Assembly: GCA_965220965.1 (NCBI GenBank)
Contig: CBDCRI010000001.1
Span: 1-64,000, forward strand
Length of the DNA: 64,000 bases
Direction of reading: 5' to 3'
DNA from: Candidatus Marinacidobacterium sp.
GTDB taxonomy: Bacteria > Acidobacteriota > Vicinamibacteria > Marinacidobacterales > Marinacidobacteraceae
Shown here: positions 46,371 to 55,863 of the stretch, piece after piece
Layout: each line of letters begins with the position of its first letter
How positions within the stretch are numbered: the first letter of the stretch is position 1
The notes under the pieces: generated by a model
The model's input: only the letters and a program-made list of their open reading frames with translations
What the model was told of the DNA's origin: nothing
Database searches by the model: none
Made by a program: the position numbers and the translations under genes

Positions 46371-47202
46371 AGTGGCGCGCGAGCACGGCGCTGTCGGTCG
46401 ACAGCCGCCAGCCGCCAGCCGCCCGCCCCACCGAAGGCCGCAGCGCGCGCAGCTCGCGCAGCCGCTCCCGGTGGCCGGGCACCCGGTGCGGGGCGACGCC
46501 GGCCTGCCCGGCGAACAGCGCCATGCCCTCAAGCTCCTGCTCCAGCCGCGCCTCGCGGTCCACGTCGGCCAGCTTGCGCACCACCCCGACCACGCCGCCG
46601 CCGGGGGCCGGCCAGAGCGCGACCAGGGGACGGCCCGGCCGGTTGACCGGGCAGAAGGCGAGCCGGACGTCGTCCGCGCCCCCGAACGACAGCTCGCCGA
46701 GCAGGGTGCCGGTGACCGCCTCGCCGTCCTCCAGGCTGGTGGACTTCAGGAACGCCTGGGTGTCCGGGTACTGCGTCACCGTCAGGCGCGACTCCAGCCG
46801 GACCAGCGGCACCGCGCCGCCCTCGCCGACCAGCAGCCCGGGCTTGCGCAGCAGCAGGCGCCCCAGGGCGGGGTGCGGCTCCGCGGCTGACCACAGGCGG
46901 TCGGCGCCGTCCGGCGCCCGGACCAGGTGCGCGCCCTTGCGGTAGGCGGGGTAGGCCAGGAAGCCGGGGCGCAGGGCGGCGCCTTCGGCTGGGCCGTCAA
47001 CGATCTGCACGGGGCCGTCGAGGCCGTCGGCGAGCAGGCGGCCGCGCTCGTGCAGGGGCGCCGGGTTGGACGCCGCCCAGCTCCGGCCGCCGGCGTGCAC
47101 GCGCCACCCGCCGCCGGCCTCGCGGCAGGCGAAGGCGCCGGGCCGCGGGGCCGGCTCGTGGGCCTCGCGGATGGCGATGACCGTTGAGCCCTTCAGGTCC
47201 AT
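46306..47202 (-). CDS. Hypothetical protein, last gene of the replication operon
   Basis: Starts 16 bp after the dnaE stop; protein-like composition; 3' end overlaps the convergent gene. Confidence 0.6.
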   Translation of the reverse strand: MDLKGSTVIAIREAHEPAPRPGAFACREAGGGWRVHAGGRSWAASNPAPLHERGRLLADGLDGPVQIVDGPAEGAALRPGFLAYPAYRKGAHLVRAPDGADRLWSAAEPHPALGRLLLRKPGLLVGEGGAVPLVRLESRLTVTQYPDTQAFLKSTSLEDGEAVTGTLLGELSFGGADDVRLAFCPVNRPGRPLVALWPAPGGGVVGVVRKLADVDREARLEQELEGMALFAGQAGVAPHRVPGHRERLRELRALRPSVGRAAGGWRLSTDSAVLARHFRNLASSPSPDRPDGTPAPPT

Positions 47203-47218
47203 GCGCCGCCCGCCCGCC

Positions 47219-50200
47219 TCAGGCGGCCGGCTCGAAGGCCTCGCGGAGCCGCCGCTCCGAGGCCTCGAGCCGTTCGCGCGCCTGGCGCACCTGGTCGACG
47301 GTGGCGGCGGCCGAGGCGGCCGCCGGGCCGCCCGCGGGCGGGCCGTCCGCGGGCTCCCCGTGGCTGAAGGCGACGCGCGCCTCGCCGCCGGCGGCCTCGG
47401 CGATGGCCTCGCAGAAGTCCTGGGTGGGCAGCACGTGCCAGGTCTCGCCGCCCATCGACAGCGGGGTCGGCCCGCGCTCGGCGCCCTCGAGGAACGCCCT
47501 TACCGCCGCCGCGCGCTCCGCCGGCGGGTCCACGCGAATGGCTGCGGTGCGCTCCAGCCGGAGCTGCGCCAGCCCCGCCAGGGCGGAGGCGCGCGCCACC
47601 GGCAGGCCGTCGTTGCGCGGGTCGGGCCTGACGGTGACCTCGGCGCGCACGCACTGGTCCACCGCCAGCGCCGCCTCGCAGCCCTCCGCGACGCTGTCCG
47701 GCACCTCCACCGAAATCGCCCCGGTGCCGTCGTCGAGGGTGATGCGGCAGGCCACCGGGCCGTTGCCGCGGCTCCGCTCCACGCTGGAGACGGCGCCGAT
47801 GAAGGTCGCCTGGCGGCGGCCCTCCGGGCGCCCCACCGCGCCGATGGCGTCGGGGCGCAGGTGCTTCGCGAACGAGCGGTACAGGTCCATGGGGTGGTGG
47901 TCGAGGTAGACGCCGAGCGCGCCGAGCTGCGCGCGGCGCCGCTCCTTGGCCGTCCAGGGCCGGGCCTCGCCGTCGAAGAAGCCGCCGCCGCCCTCGATGG
48001 CCCGCGCCACGGCGCCCTGCTCGCCGAAGCCGCGCAGTGCCCCCGCCTCGTTGAGCGAGGCGGCCACCCGGCGGTTGATGCCGGTCCGGGCCATGAGGTC
48101 CTCCAGCGAGGCGTAGGGGCCGTTGGCGGCGCGCTCGTCGAGCAGCTTGCCCAGGGCCACCTTGCCGACGTTGCGCACCGCGCCGAGCCCGAACGCGATG
48201 CGCCCGTCGCGGGTCGGCTCGAAGCCGGCCTTCGAGGCGTTGACGTCGGGGGCGAGGATGGCCACCCCGCAGCGCCTGGCCTCGGCCAGCGCGGGCATCA
48301 GCCGGTCGTTGCGGCCCGCGGAGCAGCTCAGCACCGCGGCGAAGTGGATGTGCGGGTGGCGCGCCTTGAGGAAGGCGGTCTCGCAGCTCAGCTTGGCGTA
48401 GGCCACCGAGTGGCTCTTGTTGAACCCGTAGCCGGCGAAGTTGGCCATCAGGTCGAAGACCGCCGCCGCGTCGGCCTCGCCGAGGACGCCGGCCGCCCGC
48501 GCGCCGGCCATGAAGCGCTGGCGCTCCTCGGCCATGATCTCCGGGCGCTTCTTGCCCATCGCCTTGCGCAGCGAGTCCGCCTCGCCGGCGCTGTAGCCGG
48601 CCAGCAGGCGGGCGGCGTCCATGACCTGCTCCTGGTAGAGGAATATGCCCTGGGTGTCGCGCAGCACGCCCTCCAGCGCCGGGTGCGGGTAGGCGGTCGC
48701 CGCCTGGCCGCGCTTGCGCTTGATGGCGTCCTCCACCATGCCCGACTGCAGCGGCCCCGGCCGGTACATGGCCACCGCCGCGCACAGGTCGGCGAAGCGC
48801 TCCGGCCGGTACTGGCGCAGCAGGTTCTGCATGCCGGCCTCCTCGAGCTGGAACACCGTGCGGGTGGCGCCGCTGGCGAGCAGCTCGTAGATGGCCGGGT
48901 CCTCGAGGTCGAAGGCCTCGTCGAAGTCCACCCCCGCCACCTGGCCGAGCATGGCCTTCGCCACCTGCAGGATGCGCAGGGTGCGCAGCCCCAGGAAGTC
49001 GAACTTGACCAGCCCCGCCCGCTCCGCGTCGTCGCCGGTGATCTGCAGGGTCGGCAGCCCGCCGTCGGAGCGCACCGGCGCCACCTCGGAGACCGGGAAG
49101 GGGGCGATGACCACCCCCGCCGGGTGCGTGCCGGCCTGCCGGGCGGTGCCGGCGAGGGACGCGGCGCGCTCGATCAGCAGCCTGGCCTCGCGGTCGCGCT
49201 CCACCACCCGGGCGAGCGCCTCCTCGTCGTCGGAGGCCTGCGCCAGGCGGTGGGCGGTGGCGTGCGGCACGCCCAGCGCGCGCGCCACGTCCTTGATCGC
49301 CGTCTTGGTCCGCGCCGTGGCCACCGTGGCCAGGCTGGCCACCCGGTCCGCCCCGTAGCGCTCGCGGACGTAGGCGATCACCTCGTGGCGCCGCTCCGGG
49401 TCGAAGTCGATGTCGAAGTCGGGGAGCGCCTCGCGCTCCGGGTTGAGGAAGCGCTCGAAGATCAGCCCGTGCTCCAAGGGGTCCACGTCGGTGATGCCGA
49501 GCGCCCAGGCCACCAGCGAGCCGGCCCCGGAGCCGCGGCCCGGGCCGACGGCGATGCCCTCGCGCCGGGCGTGCTCCACGAAGTCCAGGACGATCAGGAA
49601 GTAGGGCGCGAAGCCCTTGCCGACGATCACCCGCAGCTCGTGGACGGCCCGCTCCCGGTAGTTGGCGGGGACGGCGCCGAGGCGGGCCGCCAGCCCCTGC
49701 CCGACCCGCTCCTTGAGCGCCGCCACAGGGTCCGCGCCGCCGACGTCGGTGGGCAGCCGCGGGGCCGACAGCGGGAACGGGGCGCGGCAGGCGCCGACCA
49801 CCGCCAGGGTGTTGGCGACCGCCTCCGGCAGGTCCGCGAAGATGCGCGCCATCTCCTCCGGGGGCTTGAGCCAATGGTGCTGCGAGCCCCGCGCCAGCAG
49901 CTGCTGCGCCACCTCCGCGGCCGGCGCCTTGCGGCGCACGGCGACCGACAGGATGTGCCCGGCGTGGTCGCGGTCGCGCAGGTAGCGCACCGGGTTGGTG
50001 GCCACCAGGGGCAGCCCGGCGGCGTCCGCCAGGCGCACCAGCGCCCGGTTGGCCGCCCGCTCGCCGGGCACCCCGACCCGCTGCACCTCGACCAGCAGCC
50101 GGCCCGGCGCCGCCTGGCCGACGCCGTCGAGCCAGGCCCGCGCCTCGGCCTCCGCCCCGCGCCCCAGGGCCTGGGGCAGGAAGGCGCCGGGGCCGGCCCC

Positions 50201-50551
50201 GGAGAGCAGCACCCAGTCGCGGCCGCGCTCGGCGAGGTCGGAGAGCCGCAGGCCCAGCGGGGCCTCCAGCGTGCGGCACAGCGCCACGCGCCCCTCGGGC
50301 GTGGTCGGGTAGGCCTTCACCTCCCCGTCGCCCCAGGGCGTGGCCAGCGCCAGCCGGGCGCCGACCGGCGCCCGCAGGCCGGCGGCCTTTGCCGCGTCCT
50401 GCACCGCCAGGGCGCCGAGCAGGTTGCGGTCGGCGACGCCCACGGAAGCCATTCCCAGAGCCCGGCACTGCTCGGCCAGGCGCTCGGCGGTGGCGGTGGA
50501 GCCGCCGAAGCCGCGGTCCGTCTCCACGTCCAGGTGGGCGAAGCCGGCCAC
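47219..50551 (-). CDS. dnaE: DNA polymerase III alpha subunit
   Basis: YFLIV.DFV, VGPGRGSGAGSLVA, FERFLNPER, PDFDIDF, HPAGVVI, KFDFLGL, YRPGP, YQEQVM, GYGFNKSHS; degenerate PHP domain. Confidence 0.97.
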   Translation of the reverse strand: MAGFAHLDVETDRGFGGSTATAERLAEQCRALGMASVGVADRNLLGALAVQDAAKAAGLRAPVGARLALATPWGDGEVKAYPTTPEGRVALCRTLEAPLGLRLSDLAERGRDWVLLSGAGPGAFLPQALGRGAEAEARAWLDGVGQAAPGRLLVEVQRVGVPGERAANRALVRLADAAGLPLVATNPVRYLRDRDHAGHILSVAVRRKAPAAEVAQQLLARGSQHHWLKPPEEMARIFADLPEAVANTLAVVGACRAPFPLSAPRLPTDVGGADPVAALKERVGQGLAARLGAVPANYRERAVHELRVIVGKGFAPYFLIVLDFVEHARREGIAVGPGRGSGAGSLVAWALGITDVDPLEHGLIFERFLNPEREALPDFDIDFDPERRHEVIAYVRERYGADRVASLATVATARTKTAIKDVARALGVPHATAHRLAQASDDEEALARVVERDREARLLIERAASLAGTARQAGTHPAGVVIAPFPVSEVAPVRSDGGLPTLQITGDDAERAGLVKFDFLGLRTLRILQVAKAMLGQVAGVDFDEAFDLEDPAIYELLASGATRTVFQLEEAGMQNLLRQYRPERFADLCAAVAMYRPGPLQSGMVEDAIKRKRGQAATAYPHPALEGVLRDTQGIFLYQEQVMDAARLLAGYSAGEADSLRKAMGKKRPEIMAEERQRFMAGARAAGVLGEADAAAVFDLMANFAGYGFNKSHSVAYAKLSCETAFLKARHPHIHFAAVLSCSAGRNDRLMPALAEARRCGVAILAPDVNASKAGFEPTRDGRIAFGLGAVRNVGKVALGKLLDERAANGPYASLEDLMARTGINRRVAASLNEAGALRGFGEQGAVARAIEGGGGFFDGEARPWTAKERRRAQLGALGVYLDHHPMDLYRSFAKHLRPDAIGAVGRPEGRRQATFIGAVSSVERSRGNGPVACRITLDDGTGAISVEVPDSVAEGCEAALAVDQCVRAEVTVRPDPRNDGLPVARASALAGLAQLRLERTAAIRVDPPAERAAAVRAFLEGAERGPTPLSMGGETWHVLPTQDFCEAIAEAAGGEARVAFSHGEPADGPPAGGPAAASAAATVDQVRQARERLEASERRLREAFEPAA

Positions 50552-50552
50552 C

Positions 50553-52529
50553 TCAGAAGCCCATCTCGACCTGCCGGGGCGCGCGCCACGGCGAGGCGGC
50601 GTCCCGGCGCCCGCGGTCCGCGTCCGGCGCCGGCTCCGCGGGCGCCGCCGGCGCGCCGGCCCTCGGCGGCCGGAACGGCTGGCGGATCGGCCCGTGCGAC
50701 GGTGACAGCAGGCCGACCCCGGCCTCCACCATCCCCGCCAGCTTCTCGCGGATGCCGCCGTCGAGCTCGCCGGGCAGGGGGTAGGGGTAGGAGTCGGCGC
50801 CCTCGCGCTCCTCCCAGAACGCGGTTGGGCAGGACTCCGGGCTGGAGAAGAGCACCAGCAGGTGGTTGCGCCGGCCGGCCCCCTCCAGCGCCTCGGCCAC
50901 GGCGCCCTCGAAGGCGCGGGCGGCGATCTCGGCGGCGGTGCCGTAGTAGGGCTTGCGGGCGCCCTTGTCCATCTCGCGGCTGCGCCGGGCGAGCGCCGAG
51001 TGGCCGGTGAGCGTGGCCAGCCTGGCCACGACGAGCGCGAACTCATCGCCCGCCTGGCCCGGCGCGCTGGCGAGCTCGCTCAGCATGGCGTCGGGGCGCC
51101 CGGTGAGGGCTCGGCCGACGTGCGAGTCGAGGGCGTGCAGCCACTCGTGGGCCAGGGTGCCGTAGCCGTTGCCCTTGGTCAGGTTGATGACCCGCTCGAG
51201 GCGCTCGTAGTGCGCGTAGGGCGCCTTGGTCCCGCCTCGGCCGCGGGCGCCGAAGGCGATGCCCAGCGACTCGCCGAGAGACAGCGCCCGCGGCGGCAGG
51301 CCCAGCGCGTCGGCCAGGTCCATCAGGGCGTCGTGCCCGTGGTTGAGGAAGTCCTGGCGCTCCGCCTGCCGCACCCAGTTGCCCCACTGGATGCCGCGGA
51401 AGCCGAACTTGCTCAGGAACGCCTCCGGGGTGATCGACGCCCCCGGCGGCCGGTGGTCCGGGCCGAGCCGCACCTGGGGCGTCGCCTGGCGCAGCGCCGG
51501 CACCCGCCGCAGCCGGTCCGCCCGCTTGCACAGCCGCCCGTAGTGCGCGCGCACGTGCGCCCGCGCCGCATCGATGCCCGCGTCGGGGATGCGCTCCAAG
51601 GGCAGGTGCAGGCCGTTGGGCAGCGGCACGCCGATGACCGCCTCCCCGCCGTGGCGCACGTAGCCGATCTCGCCGTGCTGAAGGCGCCGGCGCTGGGCCA
51701 GCGCGCCCTCGGCGGCCGCCAGCGCGCGGCAGGCCGCGTCGCCGGCCGGGAAGCCGTCCGCCCTCGCCAGCCGGACCACGCGGCCCGGTGCAAGCATGCG
51801 CCCGTCGTCGACCGGGTCGTCGGCCACGCCGTGGCGCACGGTCGCCAGCGACCAGGCGCCGCCGTCCCCGCGCGCCGCTACGGCGCGGGCGCGCATCGGG
51901 CCGTCCTGGCCGGCCATGAGCTGGCCCAGCGCCCTGCAGACGACGTCGAGGGCGGGCCGGTCGAGCTCCTCCAGGGGCACGCCGGCGGCCTCGCCCGGAC
52001 CCTGGCCGTTGAACGGGCTGTCCGGGTCGAGCGCCGGGAACAGCCGCTCCACGGTGGCCTCAAGGGACGCGCCCAGGTGCGCCTTCGACCAGGCGGCGAG
52101 GGCGGCGCTGGCCCCCCAGGTCCGGTTGCCGTCGCGCTCGACGCACAGCGCCTCGGCCGGCAGCGGGCCGGCCCGCAGGATGGCGTCGACGGCGTCGAGC
52201 CCGCGCAGGGCGGCGCTGGCGCGAGTGTAGCGGTGCAGGGCGAGCCCGCCCTCGGGGAGCCGCGCCGCCCGCCGCTCCAAGGCGCGCAGGGCGGCCCGGT
52301 AGTGCGCCGCGACGTGCTCCGCCAGCGCCCGCGCCAGGGCGACGTTGGCCGCCGGGGCGGCCTGGGCCGCCCACGGCCGGCCGGCCAGGGCGTCGAGGCG
52401 GCGCGGCGGCAGCAGCCGTCCGGCCGCCGGGGGCGCCTCCCGGGCCTCCGGCCGGTCGGCGCGCAGCGCCGCCAGCTCCTTGCGCGAGCCCGGGATCACC
52501 GCCCCGGCGTCGGCGATCGCCGCCCTCAC
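50553..52529 (-). CDS. Polyvalent-protein-type zincin metallopeptidase (LPD1-associated)
   Basis: IADAGAVIPGSRK N-terminus; FGFRGIQWGNWV..ERQ..DALMDLA..LSL..LGIAFGARG..AHYE..INLTK..GTLAHEWLHALD; YYGTAAEIAARAFE; YPYP. Confidence 0.85.
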   Translation of the reverse strand: MRAAIADAGAVIPGSRKELAALRADRPEAREAPPAAGRLLPPRRLDALAGRPWAAQAAPAANVALARALAEHVAAHYRAALRALERRAARLPEGGLALHRYTRASAALRGLDAVDAILRAGPLPAEALCVERDGNRTWGASAALAAWSKAHLGASLEATVERLFPALDPDSPFNGQGPGEAAGVPLEELDRPALDVVCRALGQLMAGQDGPMRARAVAARGDGGAWSLATVRHGVADDPVDDGRMLAPGRVVRLARADGFPAGDAACRALAAAEGALAQRRRLQHGEIGYVRHGGEAVIGVPLPNGLHLPLERIPDAGIDAARAHVRAHYGRLCKRADRLRRVPALRQATPQVRLGPDHRPPGASITPEAFLSKFGFRGIQWGNWVRQAERQDFLNHGHDALMDLADALGLPPRALSLGESLGIAFGARGRGGTKAPYAHYERLERVINLTKGNGYGTLAHEWLHALDSHVGRALTGRPDAMLSELASAPGQAGDEFALVVARLATLTGHSALARRSREMDKGARKPYYGTAAEIAARAFEGAVAEALEGAGRRNHLLVLFSSPESCPTAFWEEREGADSYPYPLPGELDGGIREKLAGMVEAGVGLLSPSHGPIRQPFRPPRAGAPAAPAEPAPDADRGRRDAASPWRAPRQVEMGF

Positions 52530-54307
52530 GGCGCCGCTCCGGGCCCCGGGCGCGCCGGCACGGCCCCGGCGAGGTGCGCCCGCGCCTGGGCCAGCAGCGC
52601 CTCGGCGCGCTCGCGCACCGCCTCGCCGGTTCCGTTGCCCAGGGCGGCCTTGGCGAGCTCCCCGCCCGCGCCGCCGTCGGCGGGGAAGGGGTCGGGGCCG
52701 TCGGGGACGAACCCCGCCAGCTCGTCGATCCGGGCGTTGTGCGCGCGGACCGCGCGCAGCATGTCGCCGCGGCCCATCAGGCGGCGGCCGCCGCGGTCCT
52801 CCTCCCGCGCCACCTCGGCGTCGCCGGCGGCCAGCGCGCCCCCGTCCGGCAGCCCGGCGCGCAGGCTGCGCAGCCACGACTCCGCCTCCAGCCAGCGGCT
52901 GGCGAGCGCGTCGGCGTCGGCGTCCGTGAGCAGGGCGGCGACGCCCGACAGCATGCGCGGCAGCGTCACCGGCTCCGGGTAGGAGGCGACCATCTGGCGC
53001 CACTTGAGGTCGGCCAGCTTGCGGCCGACCGCCAGCTGCCCCGCCGCCGGGCAGTCGAACAGGCGGGCCGCGCGGAAGGGGTTGAAGGCGTGCAGCTTGC
53101 GCATCGGCATGGCCGCGGCGAGATCGGCGCACAGGGTCTCGAGGCGGGCGGCGTCCTTGGCGGAAAGCCCGATGCGGCGCGCGCTCTGGCGGCGCGGGTG
53201 CGGGTCACGGCGCACGCGCGCGCCGTTGGCGAACAGGGCCTCCATGGCGGCCTGCGCCCGGTCCGGCTCGGCGTCGAGCAGCCGCTGCCCGGCCGCGTGG
53301 TCGCCGCGCTTCGCGGGCAGGATGCAGCGCGCGTCCCAGTGCAGGTTCATGAGCCCCGGGTAGAGCACGCCGACCGGCGGGGCGGCGCCGAGCGCCGCCT
53401 TGCGCTCCTCCTCGGGCAGCGCCATCGCCCCCTCGAGGGCGGCCGGCTCCATGGCCAGCAGGCGCTCGATGGCCTTCGGCGCGGTGGTCTTCCACGCCGG
53501 CCAGCCGCCCTGCGCGGTGGCCGGCAGGCGCGCCACCCGGTAGCCGGTGGCGTAGGGGCGGCCGGGCCCGACCACGCCGACCCCCACGGGCTGCGGGGCG
53601 TGGGGGGACTCCGCGGCGGCCTCGAGCAGGGGGCGGGCGCGCTCGCGGTTGTCGGCCAGGGCGGCGCGCACCGCGGCCAGCGGCCCGGCGCAGTGCCGGG
53701 CCACCGCCAGCGTCTGGCGGGCGTCGGCGTCGGCGCGGTGGGCGTCGCCGCCGAAGGGGAACCCGAAGTGCCGCGCCACCGCCTCCAGGGCGAAGGTCGG
53801 CAGCCCGCGCTCGTTCAGGGGCAGGGCGATGCCGAGGTCGCTGCGCACCTCCGGGTCCGGGTGCGCCTGCAGCCAGTGCGCGTACTGCAGCAGCGCCATG
53901 AGGTCGTTGGCCGGCGCCGCCAGCGCCGCCGCCGACTCCTGCCCGTGGTCGAGGGCGAAGCCGCGGATCGCCCGGCTGTCGAAGCGGTCGGAGTTGTAGC
54001 CCCAGCTCTCCCGCGGGTCCGCCGTCTGGGCGTGGCCGGCCAGCGCGGTCACCATCTCGACGGCCAGCTCCAGCGGCGTGAGGGCGCGCCCGCCGCGCGG
54101 GTCGGCCGCCTTGCGCACGTGGGGCGCGATGCCGTGCACGCAGCAGGCCACCGGGGAGGCGTGCTCCGGCCCCAGCACGCCCTCCAGGGTGCCCGACCGC
54201 GGCATCTCGCCGTCGAGCGCCGCCTCGTCGTGGGACCAGCCGAACTGCAGCACCGCCAGGTGCGCGTCCAGCTCCGTGCCGTTGGTTTCGACGTCGATGG
54301 CGAGCAT
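52526..54307 (-). CDS. Exonuclease I-like DEDD 3'-5' exonuclease
   Basis: IDVETNG..LQFG, SPVACCVHGI, GYNSDRFD, GLPTFALE, AHRADADA match the SbcB-like N-terminal domain. C-terminal half divergent. Confidence 0.75.
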   Translation of the reverse strand: MLAIDVETNGTELDAHLAVLQFGWSHDEAALDGEMPRSGTLEGVLGPEHASPVACCVHGIAPHVRKAADPRGGRALTPLELAVEMVTALAGHAQTADPRESWGYNSDRFDSRAIRGFALDHGQESAAALAAPANDLMALLQYAHWLQAHPDPEVRSDLGIALPLNERGLPTFALEAVARHFGFPFGGDAHRADADARQTLAVARHCAGPLAAVRAALADNRERARPLLEAAAESPHAPQPVGVGVVGPGRPYATGYRVARLPATAQGGWPAWKTTAPKAIERLLAMEPAALEGAMALPEEERKAALGAAPPVGVLYPGLMNLHWDARCILPAKRGDHAAGQRLLDAEPDRAQAAMEALFANGARVRRDPHPRRQSARRIGLSAKDAARLETLCADLAAAMPMRKLHAFNPFRAARLFDCPAAGQLAVGRKLADLKWRQMVASYPEPVTLPRMLSGVAALLTDADADALASRWLEAESWLRSLRAGLPDGGALAAGDAEVAREEDRGGRRLMGRGDMLRAVRAHNARIDELAGFVPDGPDPFPADGGAGGELAKAALGNGTGEAVRERAEALLAQARAHLAGAVPARPGPGAAP

Positions 54308-54356
54308 GTGCAGCGCTCCTTGTGGCTCCGTGCGGGCGGCCGTCGCCGGCCGGGGG

Positions 54357-55049
54357 TCAGGCCGCCTTCGGGCGCCCCTCGGCCAGCCAGGCCTGCAGCG
54401 ATTGTACTAACCCGAACTCGGTTCGCTCCCGCGTGGGGTCCAGGCCGCGCAGCAGGCAGGAGGCGGCCTTGCGCCCCATGCGGCGCCACTCGTCGCCCTC
54501 CGGCAGCCGGTTGAGCACCCAGATCGCCGTGCAGGGGTCGTCGGCGATGCCGGCCCGCGGGTAGCGCAGCATGCGCAGCCAGCGCTCCTCGAGGCCCGGG
54601 TGCAGCGAGGCCAGGCAGCCGAGGCTGTTGCGCCAGGTGGCGTCGGACAGGCCGGCGACGCGCCTGGCCGCGGCCGGGGTCAGGGACTCCTCGCCGGTGG
54701 CGGGGGAGGCCGGCGTCAGGTGCGCCATCCAGTGGCTGAGGACCTCGGCGATCTTCACCTCGCCCTCGCGCTTGCCGACCGCCAGCGCGACCTCCGCCAC
54801 CCGGTCCACCCAGTGCGCCGCCAGCCGCACGTCGTGCAGCCCCTGGCACCAGGCGTAGACGGTCTCCGGGCGGGCGCGCATCGAGGCGACCCCGCCGGGC
54901 GCCTCCCCCTCCCTGAGGCGGGCCACCTTGAGCCGGTCGCAGGCCGCGTAGGGCGGCCGCGCCGCCCAGACCTCGCCGTCCATGGCCAGGCGCACGTCGC
55001 CGAGCGGGCCGCCGGCCGCCAGCAGCGCCGCCCGGACCCGCTCAGCCAT
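54357..55049 (-). CDS. Hypothetical protein
   Basis: 230-aa ORF packed between dnaQ and the exonuclease on the same strand. Confidence 0.65.
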   Translation of the reverse strand: MAERVRAALLAAGGPLGDVRLAMDGEVWAARPPYAACDRLKVARLREGEAPGGVASMRARPETVYAWCQGLHDVRLAAHWVDRVAEVALAVGKREGEVKIAEVLSHWMAHLTPASPATGEESLTPAAARRVAGLSDATWRNSLGCLASLHPGLEERWLRMLRYPRAGIADDPCTAIWVLNRLPEGDEWRRMGRKAASCLLRGLDPTRERTEFGLVQSLQAWLAEGRPKAA

Positions 55050-55064
55050 GGCCGGCGGGCGCCC

Positions 55065-55790
55065 TCACGGCGCCGTCCACGCGAGCCTTTGGCGCGGCTC
55101 GGTGTCCGGGTCCGGGCCGGGCTCCTCGATGTCCCGGCTGGCCGTGGGCACCTCCATGCGCGACCCCGGCCCGCCCGCCGCCAGCGCCGGCCCCTGGCGG
55201 AACAGGTGCAGCATCAGCGTGGCGAGCAGGCGGGCGTCGCCGAGCGCCTCGTGGGCGCCGGCGCGGGCCTCGAACCCGTGGCGCAGGAGCAGCTGGTCCA
55301 GGCCGTACTGGCCGCGCCGCGGCGGCCCTCCGGAGGGGTAGTGGCGCTGGACGTGGGCCTGCGTGTCCACCCAGGAGGCGTGGCTGGAGAGGACGCCCGC
55401 CCGGCCCGCCCGCCGGCACTCCGCGTCGATGAAGGCGGCGTCGAAGGGGGCGTTGTGCGCCATCAGGATCGGCCGCGCCCCGCCGGGCGCCACGAAGGCC
55501 CAGAAGTCGGGGAGCCGGTCGCCGAAGGACAGGCCCTGGGCGCGCTGGCGCAGGAACTCGGGCGTCAGGCCGTGGGTGCGGAACGCGCCCTCGTCGCTCT
55601 CCGCGCCCTCCGGGGCGAACCAATGCTGCCACTCGCGGCCGGTCAGCCGCCCGCCGTCCACCTCGACGGCGGCCAGGGCCACCACCCGGTGGAGCTCCGG
55701 CTTGAGCCCGGTGGTCTCCACGTCCACCGCGCACCAGCGGTCCGCCAGCGGGTCGCAGGCGGGCAGGGCGAATGCGGGGTTCTCTCTCAT
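55065..55790 (-). CDS. dnaQ: DNA polymerase III epsilon-like exonuclease
   Basis: VDVETTGL, THGLT.EFL, AHNAPFD, VDT, HEALGDARLLA. TGCTACAGT extended -10 at 55831-55823. Confidence 0.85.
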   Translation of the reverse strand: MRENPAFALPACDPLADRWCAVDVETTGLKPELHRVVALAAVEVDGGRLTGREWQHWFAPEGAESDEGAFRTHGLTPEFLRQRAQGLSFGDRLPDFWAFVAPGGARPILMAHNAPFDAAFIDAECRRAGRAGVLSSHASWVDTQAHVQRHYPSGGPPRRGQYGLDQLLLRHGFEARAGAHEALGDARLLATLMLHLFRQGPALAAGGPGSRMEVPTASRDIEEPGPDPDTEPRQRLAWTAP

Positions 55791-55863
55791 GGCCGCGCTC
55801 CAGGCGCCTGTGGTGGCCCCCTACTGTAGCATTCGCGCGCCGCCGCGGGCCGCAGGCGGCGGG

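Noticed and set aside
47066-51010. Very long plus-strand ORF (1314 aa) and similar ones (8930..11245, 9951..12242, 41778..45596, 50862..52982, 56919..58577)
   Set aside because: Antisense or alternate-frame shadows of recognisable genes in high-GC DNA; Arg/Gly/Ala-rich with no motifs.
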